DNA of 64,000 nucleotides from Octopus sinensis (taxonomy: Eukaryota). The notes beneath the pieces are model-generated. The model ran no database searches and was not told where the DNA came from. It saw only the letters and a list, made by a program, of their open reading frames with translations. The translations under genes were made by a program, and so were the position numbers. This document shows positions 13,641 through 26,113 of this stretch, in pieces. The DNA is taken from NCBI RefSeq assembly GCF_006345805.1, contig NC_043026.1, forward strand, positions 8,246,001 through 8,310,000. Reading direction: 5' to 3'. Positions within the stretch are counted from its first letter, which is position 1. Each line of letters opens with the position of its first letter.

Positions 13641-13787
13641 GCTTAATCTTTTTAGTGTATGTGTGTGTGTGTATGTATATATATATATATATATATCTCT
13701 AATGTAGGATAAAACTTTTTCGAAAAAAAAATTTGATCAATGGCCAGCATATTAAAAAAAATACCTTTAAAGGTTAAATTTATAAAC

Positions 13788-14137
13788 AACTTATAAATAA
13801 GGGCAAACGAAAAAATTTCTAATGCCAAATATGCCGAAATTGGACATATTGTCCATAACCATATAATTTTTCACAATACGCACGCTACTCGAAAAAAAGG
13901 TCGACAGAAATTTCATTTATTTCTTTGCCACATTTATCACTGCCGGAGGGAGGGTTCTTTCGAACCAACCCTGAAATCGGTCTGATATGGTAATAATGGA
14001 ATTTTTATGAAATTTCTGTCAACTTTTTTTCGAGTAGCGTGCATATTGTGAAAAAATTATATGGTTATGGACAATATGTCCAATTTCAGCATATTTGGCA
14101 TTAGAAATTTTTTCATTTGCCCTTATTTATAAGTTGT
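13788..14137. mobile_element. MITE-like element with ~125-bp terminal inverted repeats
   Basis: aacttataaataagggcaaa... mirrors ...tttgcccttatttataagtt; flanked by TA runs. Confidence 0.75.
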
Positions 14138-14844
14138 ATATATATATATATATATATATATATACCCATACACGTGCTGTTTATGGACATTTTCCTTCTC
14201 AGGATTTTTCTTTTCTCCTTTCTGATGAAGAGCTTATACTTGAAACATGAAAAAACCCACTCTTCTTTCCATCTTCACTGAGCAGTGTTACAGTATTTCA
14301 TTTATCAGCAGTCTGAGCTATTGTAGTACTGCCGGTAGTAGTAGTGGTAGTCAAACAATAGTAGGGCTTCTGTAGTGGTGGCACTACACTTAAAATACTC
14401 TCTGGGTGTTTTGTGATAGCGGCACCATGACAACTAGATGCAGTGTAGACAATTACAATTACAGTACAGGCGGCAGTTGTAGTAAAGCAGAGGTAAAATT
14501 GGTGGCAGTGTAGGTAGCAGTAACACTAAACTTAGCTGCACTTCTAGTTCTGGTAATAACTGACAGGATTGATGTGGCAGTGTTGGTAGTAGTATTATAC
14601 AAACTTGCAGTACAGGCAGTAGCAATAGTGGTGGTAATTGAAATGGTGCTGTTATGACTACAAACCCTCTGGTTTTTTTTACTCTCTCTCTCTCTCTCTC
14701 TAGTTGAAATTCTAGTTCTGGCAGTAGTTGTAGTGGTGATACAGTGGCAGTGTTGGTACTAGTGTCACCCACAACAGGACAGCAGGCAACTGTAGTTGTG
14801 TGGGTAGAAGTGGTTGAATTGATGAAGCTGTCACTACAAGCTTT

Positions 14845-15225
14845 CTGTTCTCTCTCTCTCTGCTACCCTCTCAGATCTCTTACTTCCTCTTCCCCCTTCT
14901 ACCTCCTACCAACACTTTCTGTTCTCTCTCTCTCTCTGCTACCCTCTCAGATCTCTTACTTCCTCTTCCCCCTTCTACCTCCTACCAACACTTTCTGTTC
15001 TCTCTCTCTCTGCTACCCTCTCAGATCTCTTACTTCCTCTTCCCCCTTCTACCTCCTACCAACACTTTCTGTTCTCTCTCTCTCTGCTACCCTCTCAGAT
15101 CTCTTACTTCCTCTTCCCCCTTCTACCTCCTACCAACACTTTCTGTTCTCTCTCTCTCTGCTACCCTCTCAGATCTCTTACTTCCTCTTCCCCCTTCTAC
15201 CTCCTACCAACACTTTCTGTTCTCT
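14845..15225. repeat. ~75-bp CT-rich tandem repeat (5 copies) in probable GUCD1 3' UTR
   Basis: Repeated ctaccctctcagatctcttacttcctcttcccccttctacctcctaccaacac. Confidence 0.9.
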
Positions 15226-15605
15226 CCCTCCCATGCCTCCCACCATCTTTATTTCCACTTCCATCCCTCAGCTCACTCCCACTCTCTATCTCTCTCTCCC
15301 TCTCTTTCCACAATACAGTTGTTCCAGCTATCAACCTCCATCCACCACCACTACCACTCATTCTATAACCTTTTACCACTTCCTTTCCCTCCTTCACTTC
15401 TCTTATCCCCTCTCTCTCTCTCTCTGTTTCCACAATGCAGCTATTCAAGCCTACACCCACCACCACCACCATCTTCCCACTCTTTACTTCCACTTCTCTC
15501 TCTCTCTCTCTCCTTCACTTTCTCTCGCTCCCTTTCTGTCTCTACAAAGCGTCTGTTGCGGCCACCATGCTCCAACCGCCTCCACCATCACCACTAAAGT
15601 GTCTC

Positions 15606-15697
15606 TCAAGAAGTGTAAATGAAGAGAAGGTCTTCATCGGTGCCATAACGTTTGCGGGCCGTGTCAAAGGTCTTCCAACTGCAACTGCTGACTTCAT
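15606..15697 (-). CDS. GUCD1: GUCD1 terminal coding exon: (D)EVSSCSWKTFDTARKRYGTDEDLLFIYTS*
   Basis: Strong polypyrimidine/CAG acceptor (forward ctg at 15698-15700), TGA at 15606-15608. The YGTDEDLLFIY motif matches the GUCD1 C-terminus (recalled human YGTDEDILFVY). Phase 1 fits the previous exon. Confidence 0.93.
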
Positions 15698-16109
15698 CTG
15701 GAGAGAGAAAGAAAGAGAATAGACAATAAAAGAGGAAGTGGGGCAGAAAAGAGACAGAAAGGGAGAAAAGACAGGTAAAAAGGAAAAAAAACCCAGAAAA
15801 GTAAGAGACAAATAGAGGTGGGGGGAGAGTGAAGGGAAGAGAATGGAGGAGGGGAAGAAGAGAGATAGATAATGATGCAAATAAACACACCTGGACTTGA
15901 TATATAAAATTTACATACATATATACATGTAAATATATACAGGGACATTAATGACATGTAGGAACATGGTATTTTGTTATGCAATTACAATATACTGTGT
16001 AGTATATTATGTTTGCATAACAAAATACCATGTCCCTAGAAATCATTAATATTTGCATACCAGCTTCCAGGAGTGTGTTTGTAAAATTGGTATATCCAAT
16101 AACATTACA

Positions 16110-16370
16110 GTGGAGGCGCGTGGCTTAGTGGTTAGGGTGTCAGCACCATGATCGTAAGATTGTGGTTTCAACTCCTGGACCGGGCAACGCATTGTGTTCT
16201 TGAGCAAAACACTTCATTTCACGTTGCTCCAATCCACTCAGCTGGCAAAAGTGAGTAACGCTGTGATGGACTGGTGTCCCGTCCAGCTGGGGAACACATA
16301 CGCCATAGAAACCGGGAAAATGGGCCCATGAGTCTGGCTAGACTTTAAAAGGGCACATTTATTTAATTAT
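16110..16370 (+). mobile_element. tRNA-derived SINE, third family (related copy at 63165-63480)
   Basis: tggcttagtggttag box A, ggtttcaactcc box B, gtcccgtccag body. Confidence 0.75.
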
Positions 16371-16795
16371 TTTAATAACATTACACCACTAGTGGCTATT
16401 GAGTTCGTGGATGATTAAAGGATTGGATGGATACTGATGAAGGAGCAAAAACTCCCGGAATATGGCATATACACCAATTAACCAATTTTCCTCTTCAATC
16501 TCATTGATGTTTACATAAAGCAGTGCTGGTTACACTTTCCATAGGAAATCTGTAGAGATAATCTGAATGAGTGATATAGGGATATGTAGAGAGAGAAAGA
16601 ACAACTGAAAATATTTAGAAGGTGAACGTCTATGTATAAGCATATAGATATTAATGGATTTGTAGAACAAATCTGCACAGAGTACAAAAATTACAGAAAA
16701 CAAAGGAGAGAAGACATGGTATTTCAGGCCTGACAGCTGTTTCTGGGGGTCTTGGAATAACTCAACAGAGCACTATCTACCTAGATATCTCGCTT

Positions 16796-16834
<39 letters not shown>

Positions 16835-17330
16835 GATGATGGCTGCCCCCTCATTATCGAGTATGGCCATTGCACGAAGCTTAACTGTTATTGGTGCAGT
16901 GATCGAATGTGACTTTTTAGCCCAGCTAAAGATCTACAATGTCTTGTACAGAATTGGCAACTAAGACCTTTACTGGTAATAGCTGGCTGTAGTTGTAACT
17001 GGGCTTCATGTACCTTTGCATGTCGTTTAAGTCCTCCTGCCGAATTACACTCTCTTCCACATGCCCGACAGATATGATTTGTATGGTGTGTAACACCACC
17101 ACCATTGGCCAGGTTGTCACTCATCTGTCTCGTTTTATGACTACGAAGATGACTCATGAGTCCAGCTTTACTGAGGCAGGGTCTTGCACAGACATTGCAT
17201 GTCAGAATCAAAGGAAGACCCTTCCCTTCTGGAAGTGTAACAACGATGCCCTTCCTGACATCCTTCCTTACTTTCTCATGTGCAACTCGAGATTTCTCAA
17301 AAGTGGCTGTCCCCTCGTGCACAATCCTTC
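16835..17330 (-). mobile_element. RTE-type LINE 3' end with three C2H2-like fingers
   Basis: CNVC..CLSKAGLMSHLRSH, CRAC..CNSAGGLKRHAKVH and CQFC..CRSLAGLKSHIRSLH, then a stop and a gccatcatcatg tail. Confidence 0.75.
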
Positions 17331-18531
17331 ACCTGCTACGATCAATAGCTATGCCCTCCCATATACACACATATACATACACGCACATATATACACACAC
17401 ATCAATTATCACTAATAGTGACTGAGGGTGCAAGGTAGCGCTTACATTGCTAAAAACAAATGTCAAAGACCCCTTATGGCCACGAAAAGTACATCCCTGC
17501 ACTGACAGGGGAGATAACCACAAATCAGTGAGTGAGGTCACTATACTATACTAGCTTCACTTAGGTCATCAGTAGTAGTCCCTCCATCACAGATGGTTAA
17601 GCTAATTCCCAGCTCTTAGTATATAGGCGCAAGAGTGGCTGTGTGGTAAGTAGCTTGCTAACTAACCACAGGGTTCTGGGTTCAGTCCCACTGCGTGGCA
17701 TCTTGGGCAAGTGTCTTCTGCTATAGCCTCGGGCCGACCAAAGCCTTGTGAGTGGATTTGGTAGACGGAAACTGAAAGAAGCCCGTTGTATATATGTATA
17801 TATATATATATGTATGTGTGTCTGTGTTTGTCCCCCTAGCATTGCTTGACAACCGATGCTGGTGTGTTTACGTCCCCGTCACTTAGCAGTTCGGCAAAAA
17901 GAGACCGATAGAATAAGTACTAGGCTTACAAAGAATAAGTCCCGGGGTCGATTTGCTCGACTAAAAGGCAGTGCTCCAGCATGGCCGCAGTCAAATGACT
18001 GAAACAAGTAAAAGAGTATTTACCATATGAATCAATGGATGGTTGGGCAAAATGGTAAAGTGAAAATTATAAAATAACAAAGGAGGCTAAATGTAATATG
18101 GACCCAAAAAGGAAGAATTCAGTTGTCACTAATTGTAACTGATGGTGCAGGGTGCTAGAAACAAGAGCCAAAGACCCTAGCCTAACCATCAGTGATTGGG
18201 TAGTCACTATTGATGGGCCAAGTGAAACTAGCTAATATGGTGACCTCACTTGCTGTGTGGCAATTATCTCCCCTGTCACTGCATAGACATATGCTCTTTT
18301 GTGGGAGTAAGGGTCTTTGACTCTTGTTTCTAGCATTATAAATGCTACCGCACATCCTCAGTCGCTGTTAGTAATAACTGAAATTTTCCTGTTTGGTACA
18401 AGAGGTGGTGCTGCTCCAGAATGGCCACAGTCTGATGAATCAAAACAAAAAATAAAACAAAATGAGAAAAGAAAGTGTAAGGTATGGGTGGGGGGGGGCA
18501 GACGGATTAATAAGGGATAATCTCTACTTAC

Positions 18532-18606
18532 CATGATTCAGTGCAGGGTTTTTGTAGTAGATTTGTTGTTTGATCTTGTTGTACCCACAGACGACAACAA
18601 AGTGAC
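18532..18606 (-). CDS. GUCD1: GUCD1 exon: (G)HFVVVCGYNKIKQQIYYKNPALNH(D)
   Basis: AAAG acceptor after a pyrimidine tract, GTAAG donor, 75 nt, phase 1/1. Matches GUCD1 GHF..L.GYN....FYNNP. Confidence 0.92.
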
Positions 18607-18729
18607 CTTTGTGGTGGTGGTGGTCGTGGCGGAAAAGAGAAAAGGAAAACTTGGCGTTAATTCAACGGTGGTGGTCATTGTCGTAGGGCTAATGGAGTTT
18701 TTACATCCTGTCGCAAACCCCTAGCTAAG

Positions 18730-19430
18730 CTGTTGCTGTTTAGCCCCAGGTCAGTCCCGATCCAGCAGACCTATGATCAAAGATGTTCCAGCTGTGACCA
18801 TCCTGTCTTTTATTATTCATGCATCGTGTATCTAGGACTACATTATCTAATGTGTCCTTCCTTGTTGTTGTTTAGCCACAGGTCAGTCCTGATCCAGTAG
18901 ACCTATGATCAAAGATGTTCCAGCTGTGACCATCCTGTCTTTTATTATTCATGCATCGTGTATCTGGGAGTACATTATCTAATGTGTCCTTCCTTGTTGT
19001 TGTTTAGCCACAGGTCAGTCCTGATCTAGTAGACCTATGATCAAAGATGATCCAACTGTGACCATCTTGTCTTTTAGTCAGACATAGTGTATCTAGGACT
19101 ACATCATTTAATGTGCCCTTCCTTGTGATTGTTTAGCCCCAGGTCAGACCTGATCCAGCAGGCCTATAATCAAACATGACCCAGCTGTGACCATCCAGTC
19201 CTTTAATTAGACTTAGTGTATCTAGGACTACATTTTCTGAAGTATCCTTTGTTGTTGATTAGCTCCAGATCACTCCTGAACCACCTGTGACCATCCTGTC
19301 TTTTATTTAGACATAGCGTATTGAGGACAAGATAATTTAATATGTTCTCCCTTGTTATTGTTTAACCCCAAGCTGGTCCTGAGCAAGCAGACCTATGATC
19401 AAAGTGGTTCCAGCCATGCCCATATTCAGC
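18730..19430. repeat. ~130-bp tandem repeat (5-6 copies); dispersed relatives at 22960-23220 and 27090-27210
   Basis: ttgttgtttagccccaggtcag...gacctatgatcaaag...ctaggactacattatctaatgtgtcc units. Confidence 0.85.
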
Positions 19431-20173
19431 CTGAAAACAGAGACTCCTACACACTAGACTTGCTGCAGAAACAATAACCTTGGGTTAAACAACTGCAACA
19501 GACATGATTCAATAATGTACTCCTAGATAGACTGTGGCTGGATGTTGGAAATACTGGGAGTTGGAACTTCATGGATCATAGATCTGGATTGTGTGGGAGA
19601 AATAGTGTTGTGAGGATGGTGTTGTGTTGTGTGGGAGAGATAGTGTTGTGAGGATGGTGTTGTGTTGCAGATGGCTTTTGGACTTTGTGGGAGAGAGAGT
19701 GTTGTGATGATGGTGTTGTGTTGCAGATGGGTTTGGACTGTGTGGGAGAGATAGTGTTGTGTAGCAGATGGCTTTAGGACTTTGTGGGAGAGATAGTGTT
19801 GTGTTGCAGATGAGTTTGGACTGTGTGGGAGAGATAGTGTTGTTAGGATGGTGTTGTGTTGCAGAAGGTTTGGGACTGTGTGTGGGAGATAGTGTTGTAG
19901 AAATGTCTATATGTATGAGTGTGATTAAAGAGGTTAAAGAGGGACCAGGGACAAGTAGGGAACAAGTTGCTGCAGTAAGATGTTGTGTCCCTCAAACAAC
20001 CAGGTTGACTTGGATTGAGAAGTAATTGTGAGTAACAGATTTGAGATGTCAATGTTGTTGAGCAAAAGAATATTAACAACAACAACAACGATGATGATGA
20101 TGATAATGATGATGATGTAATAATTTACTTTAATATGACATAAGTAACCATAGCAACATTAATGTCCACTGAC

Positions 20174-20222
20174 CTTGGTAAGAACTGCGGCTGTCTCGGA
20201 AGCATGTCAAATGTCCACATTT
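20174..20222 (-). CDS. GUCD1: GUCD1 exon: KCGHLTCFRDSRSSYQ(G)
   Basis: TCAG acceptor, GTCAGT donor, 49 nt, phase 0/1. Ends in YQG leading into GHF. Confidence 0.88.
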
Positions 20223-21219
20223 CTGATGCGAAAGAGAAATAAAAAAATTAAAAGAGGGAAAAGAAGAGAAAGAAAGCAAAGAAATACTGAAAGGAAAGAA
20301 AGAAAGAAAGAAATAAAGAAGATGTGATTGTGGGTTTAAGAAGCTTGCTTCCCAATCACATGGTTTGGGGTTCAATTCTGCTGCATGGCACCTTGAAAAA
20401 GTGTCTTCTACTATAGCTTTAGAATGACCAAAAGCCTTGTGCATAAATTTGCCAGATGGAAACTGAAAGAAGCCTATCGTGCATATAGGCATCAGGGATG
20501 TGCTGCCTAGGTAGGTAATGCTTACCTTGAATAAACTAGATCAGCAACAACATTTTCCTTTTATGGCAAAATATGCAACATCGATGTTTCCTAGGGCTAA
20601 ATGGTGGTGGTGTAATTCCCCTACGGGACTGTCACATTGAGTTGACAGTATACGACCACTATATCGCTCCACCACTGCTCATGTCTCTCTGAGACATTTA
20701 GAAATTCAATATTTCTAATTTCGGTGATCAGTAAAAATTTTTTTACTGAAAATAGGATATATTTGCGAAGAGGTTGCAGTCATCTCAGCGAGCGAGGCAG
20801 GCTACCCTGGACTGATGACGAGCAATACACTCAGAAACATATGTCTTCAGGTGCTTAGTCCCAGGTGGCGGGGGTGATTGCCTGCCCTTCGCAAATATAA
20901 GGACACAGAAAATGTATCAAAGCCGACAGGAGACGTCGATGCTTCCTAGGGCTAAACAGCGGTGATGTCACATTGAGTTGACAGTATACGACCACTCTAT
21001 CACTCCACCACTGCTCATGTCTCTCTGAGACATTTAGAAATTCAATATTTCTAAAGTATTATATAAGCTTAAAGCTTATACCGATCACCATGTACAGGAA
21101 AACCTACTTTTTCCTGTCGAGGGCTTATATGCCCCATTGTTAGACTATTTTATTTAGTCATTTCACGGTGGTCTCTTATAAGCTCTAAGCTTATAAAATT
21201 CTATTTTCATTATTTACAG

Positions 21220-21250
<31 letters not shown>

Positions 21251-21890
21251 TATAGGTGCAAGAGTGGCTGTGTGGTAAGTAGTTTGTTTACCAACCACAT
21301 GGTTCCGGGTTCAGTCCCACTGCGTGGCACCTTGGGCAAGTGTCTTCTACTATAGCCTCGGGCCGACCAATGTCTTGTGAGTGGATTTGGTAGATGGAAA
21401 CTGAAAGAAGCCTGTCGCATATATGTATATATATATATGCGTGTGTGTGTCTGTGTTTGTCCCCCTAGCATTGCTTGACAACCGATGCTGGTGTGTTTAT
21501 GTCCCCATTACTTAGCGGTTCGGCAAAAGAGACCGATAGAATAAGTACTGGGCTTACAAAGAATAAGTCCCGGGGTCAATTTGCTCGACTAAAGGCAGTG
21601 CTCCAGGATGGCCGCAGTCAAATGACTGAAACAAGTAAAAGAGTAAAGAGTATATATATGTATGTTTGTGTGTCTGTGTTTGTCCCCCCCATCATCGCTT
21701 GAAAACTGATGTTGATGTGTTTACGTCTCCGTGACTTAGCAGTTCAGCAAAAGAGACCAATAGAATAAGTACTAGGCTTACAAAGAATAAGTGCTGCGGT
21801 CGATTTGTTTGACTAAGGCGGTGCTCCAGCATGGCCGTTGTCAAAGGACTGAAACAAATAATAGAATGGTAATAAAACTCGTCCCCTAAC

Positions 21891-21990
21891 CTCATAGAAA
21901 ATGTTCTGTGTGAGTACAAGGGAGTCGAGGAGACAGATGAGGATGTTTCCGAGGCTGAGATGTTGGAGGATGGTTTGGAGTTCAACAGAT
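21891..21990 (-). CDS. GUCD1: GUCD1 exon: (Q)SVELQTILQHLSLGNILICLLDSLVLTQNIFYE
   Basis: TTAG acceptor with long pyrimidine tract, GTTAGG donor, 100 nt, phase 2/0. Similar to GUCD1 TVS..DI..HL..G..AIVLVN. Confidence 0.88.
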
Positions 21991-22071
21991 CTAAGAAGAA
22001 AAAGAATTAGAATTAAAAGTGTGAGTTGCATATGAAGTGGAGACCTTCATTCGTACATGGAGCTGACTGAT

Positions 22072-22915
22072 GCAAGAAAATGATTAATGATTTGTGATTG
22101 TGACTGTTGTAAGAAAATGATTAATGATTTGTGATTGTTGTAAGAAAATGATTAATGATTTGTGATTGTGACTGTTGTAAGAAAATGATTAATGATTTGT
22201 GATTGTGACTGTTGTAAGAAAATGATTAATGATTTGTGATTGTGACTGTTGTAAGAAAATGATTAATGATTGTTGTAAGAAAATGATTAATGATTTGTGA
22301 TTGTGACTGTTGTAAGAAAATGATGAATGATTTGTGATTGTGACTGTTGTAAGAAAATGATTAATGATTTGTGATTGTTGTAAGAAAATGATTAATGATT
22401 TGTGATTGTGACTGTTGTAAGAAAATGATTAATGATTTGTGATTGTGACTGTTGTAAGAAAATGATTAATGATTTGTGATTGTGACTGTTGTAAGAAAAT
22501 GATTAGTGATTGTGACTGTTGTAAGAAAATGATTAATGATTTGTGATTGTGACTGTTGTAAGAAAATGATTAATGATTGTTGTAAGAAAATGATTGATTT
22601 GTGATTGTGACTGTTGTAAGAAAATGATTAATGATTGTTGTAAGAAAATGATTAATGATTTGTGATTGTGACTGTTGTAAGAAAATGATTAATGATTTGT
22701 GATTGTTGTAAGAAAATGATTAATGATTTGTGATTGTTGTAAGAAAATGATTAATGATTTGTGATTGTGACTGTTGTAAGAAAATGATTAATGATTTGTG
22801 ATTGTGACTGTTGTAAGAAAATGATTAATGATTTGTGATTGTGACTGTTGTAAGAAAATGATTAATGATTTGTGATTGTGACTGTTGTAAGAAAATGATT
22901 AATGATTTGTGATCA
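22072..22915. repeat. 37-bp AT-rich minisatellite with deletion-variant units
   Basis: aagaaaatgattaatgatttgtgattgtgactgttgt repeated more than 20 times. Confidence 0.95.
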
Positions 22916-23639
22916 AAAGAACTTCAGATAAGTTTATTTTGGCTTTTATTCAGACACAGTCTACCTAAGACTATATCATCTTGTTGTTTAGCCCAAGGTC
23001 ATTCCTCATCCAGCAGACCTGATCAAAGACGTTCCAGCTGTGACCATCATGCTTTTCATTCAGACAGTGTATCTAGGACCACATTATCTAAAGTATACTT
23101 CTTTCTTGTTGTTTAGCCCCAGGTCGGTCCTGATCCACTACACCTATGATCAAATGCGTTTCAGCTGAGACCATCTTGTCATTATTCCAGCATAGTGTAC
23201 CTAGGACTACACTAATGTGCCCCACCACCACCACCACCACCACCACTACCACCATCACCACCACCACCACACTTTAAAAATTTTTTAGTTGATTTTCCTT
23301 TTTAGCTGGCTGAGTGACCCCAGAAGAGTGTCAGTTTCCATAGGATACGCAGTGTGTGAGTGTGTGTATGTGCATACGTGAGTGTTTGTGTGTATGTGTA
23401 TATGCGTGTGTGCACAGGTGTGTACCTTTGCCGTGATATCACATAATGGTTGCAAATGAACATCAGCATCACACAAGTGATGTTGTTTGTATCTTGTCTT
23501 CTGTGTTTGGTGATGAGGAGAAACATTCTGTTGCTTGGAAACAGATGACGGTTGGCAACATGTAGGGTCTCTGGCTGTAGAAAATCTGCCTCACCAAATT
23601 CCACCTGACCTATTCAAGCCTGGAAAATGGATGTTGACC

Positions 23640-23845
23640 ACATGTGTACCGTTGGTGATTTTTTTCCTCCGTCTTCCCTTCCTTGGATCTTTCCTTTTCT
23701 TATATTTCTGATGAAGAGCGCTCTGCTCGAAATGTTAAATCCTCCCTCTTTCTTTCCTTTCCTGAGCGTCCAATAACACTATACTTGTTCCACGTCCTCG
23801 CGTTGTTGTGTTTTCTCTTGGTGTTTTCCTGTATGGATTAACTAT
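23640..23845 (+). mobile_element. Short PLE-associated repeat carrying a minimal hammerhead (CTGATGA-agagc..gctc-GAAA(T)GTT); relatives at about 47385-47580 (-) and 14170-14290 (+)
   Basis: The three copies align by eye and each has a mutated minimal hammerhead with a palindromic AACGTT-type stem III. Confidence 0.6.
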
Positions 23846-24089
23846 ACATACATACAAGGAGGGGCTGAAAAGTTCCAGGCTTTAAGGGTATCATGGAAGG
23901 GTAGAGCAGTTACCTTTACAGGGGAGGTAGGACAACTATTAAGAAGATATGCAAAAAACTATTAAGGAGAAGATATGATAGTAAGTGAGGTTTGGTGACA
24001 GGGAAGGCATCCAGCTGTAGAAAATCTTTCCATGCAAGCATGGAATATTGAACATAAAAACAATGATGACAAAGACTAAATGTACTCAC

Positions 24090-24181
24090 TGTTTTGTTAC
24101 CGAGACTCCGTTTCTGTGTGCACTTTCAAACAGTTGATTTATCTTTGCCTCGTCACTGTCAAAATGGCTTTGGTAGAATTT
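24090..24181 (-). CDS. GUCD1: GUCD1 exon: KFYQSHFDSDEAKINQLFESAHRNGVSVTK(Q)
   Basis: TTACAG acceptor, GTGAGT donor, 92 nt, phase 0/2. Matches GUCD1 FY.KHFD.EE.RVNQLF. Confidence 0.92.
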
Positions 24182-24249
24182 CTGTAAATTAGAGAAGGAA
24201 CCGATAAACCTTTTTGATACTATAAATCAAAATCAAAATCGATCAACAT

Positions 24250-24910
24250 CAATGGAAATTGCAGCTGTGATACCAGTGCCGGTGGCACGTAAGCGAACCA
24301 TCCGATCGTGGCACGTAAAAAGCACCATCCGATTGTGGCCGTTGCCAGCCTCGCCTGGCCCCGTAAAAAGTACCATCCGACCGTGGCTGTTTGCCAGCCT
24401 CGCCTGGCCTCCCTGCCGGTGGCACGTAAAAAGTACCATCCGACCGTGCCCGTTTGCCAGCCTCGCCTGGCCCCATGCCGGTGGCACGTAAAAAGTACCA
24501 TCCGACCGTGGCTGTTTGCCAGCCTGGCCTGGCCTCCCTGCCGGTGGCACGTAAAAAGTACCATCCGACCGTGGCCGTTTGCCAGCCTTGCCTGGCACGT
24601 AAAAAGTACCATCCGACCATGGCCGTTTGCCAGCCTCGTCTGGCACCTGTGCCGGTGGCACGTAAAAAGTACCATCCGACCGTGGCCGTTTGCCAGCCCC
24701 GTCTGGCACCTGTGCCAGTGGCATGTAAAAAGCACCCACTACACTCATGGAGTGGTTGGCATGAGGAAGGGCATCCAGCCGTAGAAACACTGCCACATCA
24801 GATTGGAGCCAGGTGCAGCCTTCTGGCTTCCCAGACTCCAGTTGAACCGTCCAGCCCATGCTAGCATGGAAAGCGGACGCTAAATGATGATGATGATGAT
24901 GATGATGATT
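24250..24910 (+). mobile_element. SINE-like element with internal ~55-60-bp tandem units and (TGA)n tail
   Basis: About 7 units of ggcacgtaaaaagtaccatccgaccgtggccgtttgccagcc, followed by an RTE-like 3' end. Other copies at 11690-12125(-), 51290-52080, 53530-53800 and 62375-62610. Confidence 0.8.
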
Positions 24911-26113
24911 TCGACTGAAATTAATTATCTTCATTCCGATTAATATATAATCCTCATACTTGTGAACACAAACTTTAGCAAGGTTACCGCTGTCACCCTT
25001 GCCACCAACCACTTCCTTTCAGCCAATTCAACATGTGAAACCATTCATCCAGGAACATTTCTTTTCCTCCCTCTGTCCCCCCCACCCTGATTCCTCTCTG
25101 TTGAAAAATGTATCAATAGGTGCAGGAGTAGCTGTGTGGTAAGTAGCTTGTTTACCAACCGCATGGTTCCGGGTTCAGTCCCACTGCGTGGCACCTTGGG
25201 CAAGTGTCTTCTACTATAGCCTCGGGCCGACCAATGCCTTGTGAGTGGATTTGGTAGATGGAAACTGAAAGAAGCCTCTCGTATATATGTATATATATAT
25301 ATAATGTATGTGTGTATGTATATGTTTGTGTGTCTCTGTTTGTCCCCCCAGCATTGCTTGACAACCGATGCTGGTGTGTTTACGTCCCCGTCACTTAGCG
25401 GTTCGACAAAAGAGACCGATAGAATAAGTACTGGGCTTACAAAGAATAAGTCCCGGGGTCGATTTGCTCGACTAAAGGCGGTGCTCCAGCATGGCCGCAG
25501 TCAAATGACTGAAACAAGTAAAAGAGTAAAAGAGATTAAACCATCGAAGACTCTTCCATTTCTCTTGGGTATCAAACAAATACACATTATTTGCCGTTTC
25601 CTCTCCTGTCTCTGTATTTAGTCTTTTGTACAATTTCAGAGCATACAAAAAATCTAATGCTCTTAGGTTAGACTTTTTGGTGGGCAACCAGATTTGAACA
25701 CTCTCAAGTGTAACTGCCCAAAACTGTAAGGACAATCTGGAAACTTGACTGATGAAAGAAGGCCTTTTTTTTCCTGACCACCTGTGTATCATCTATCTGT
25801 CTGGATATTTTATTGTGCTTTATTGCATTTTTGTTCCATTTTATATATATATATATATATCGACTTAATTAAGTTTAATTTAATTTAATTAGGCTGGTAT
25901 GCCATTAAAAACATCGAAACAATGCATTGTCTAAAGATGAATAGGGTAAATGTTTTTTTAATTTTCCTTTAATTTCTGAATTACTATTAATTGGCGGTTT
26001 GAGTCCTGGCTGCTCTTTCTAGTGGGTCGAATGGCCTATTTGAGGCCGTTCCTCAATTGTTGTTGAATATATATATAAATGAAGTTTAACGCAGGTATAA
26101 ATTAAATACTTTT

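Noticed and set aside
13788-14137. Hammerhead in the other hairpins (4831, 13788, 38822, 55828)
   Set aside because: No CUGAnGA...GAAA core with closing stems on either strand; treated as MITE-like.
16110-16190. tRNA gene candidates (SINE heads here, at 63165 and in all major SINE copies)
   Set aside because: A/B boxes are present but the cloverleaf is incomplete and each continues into a SINE body.
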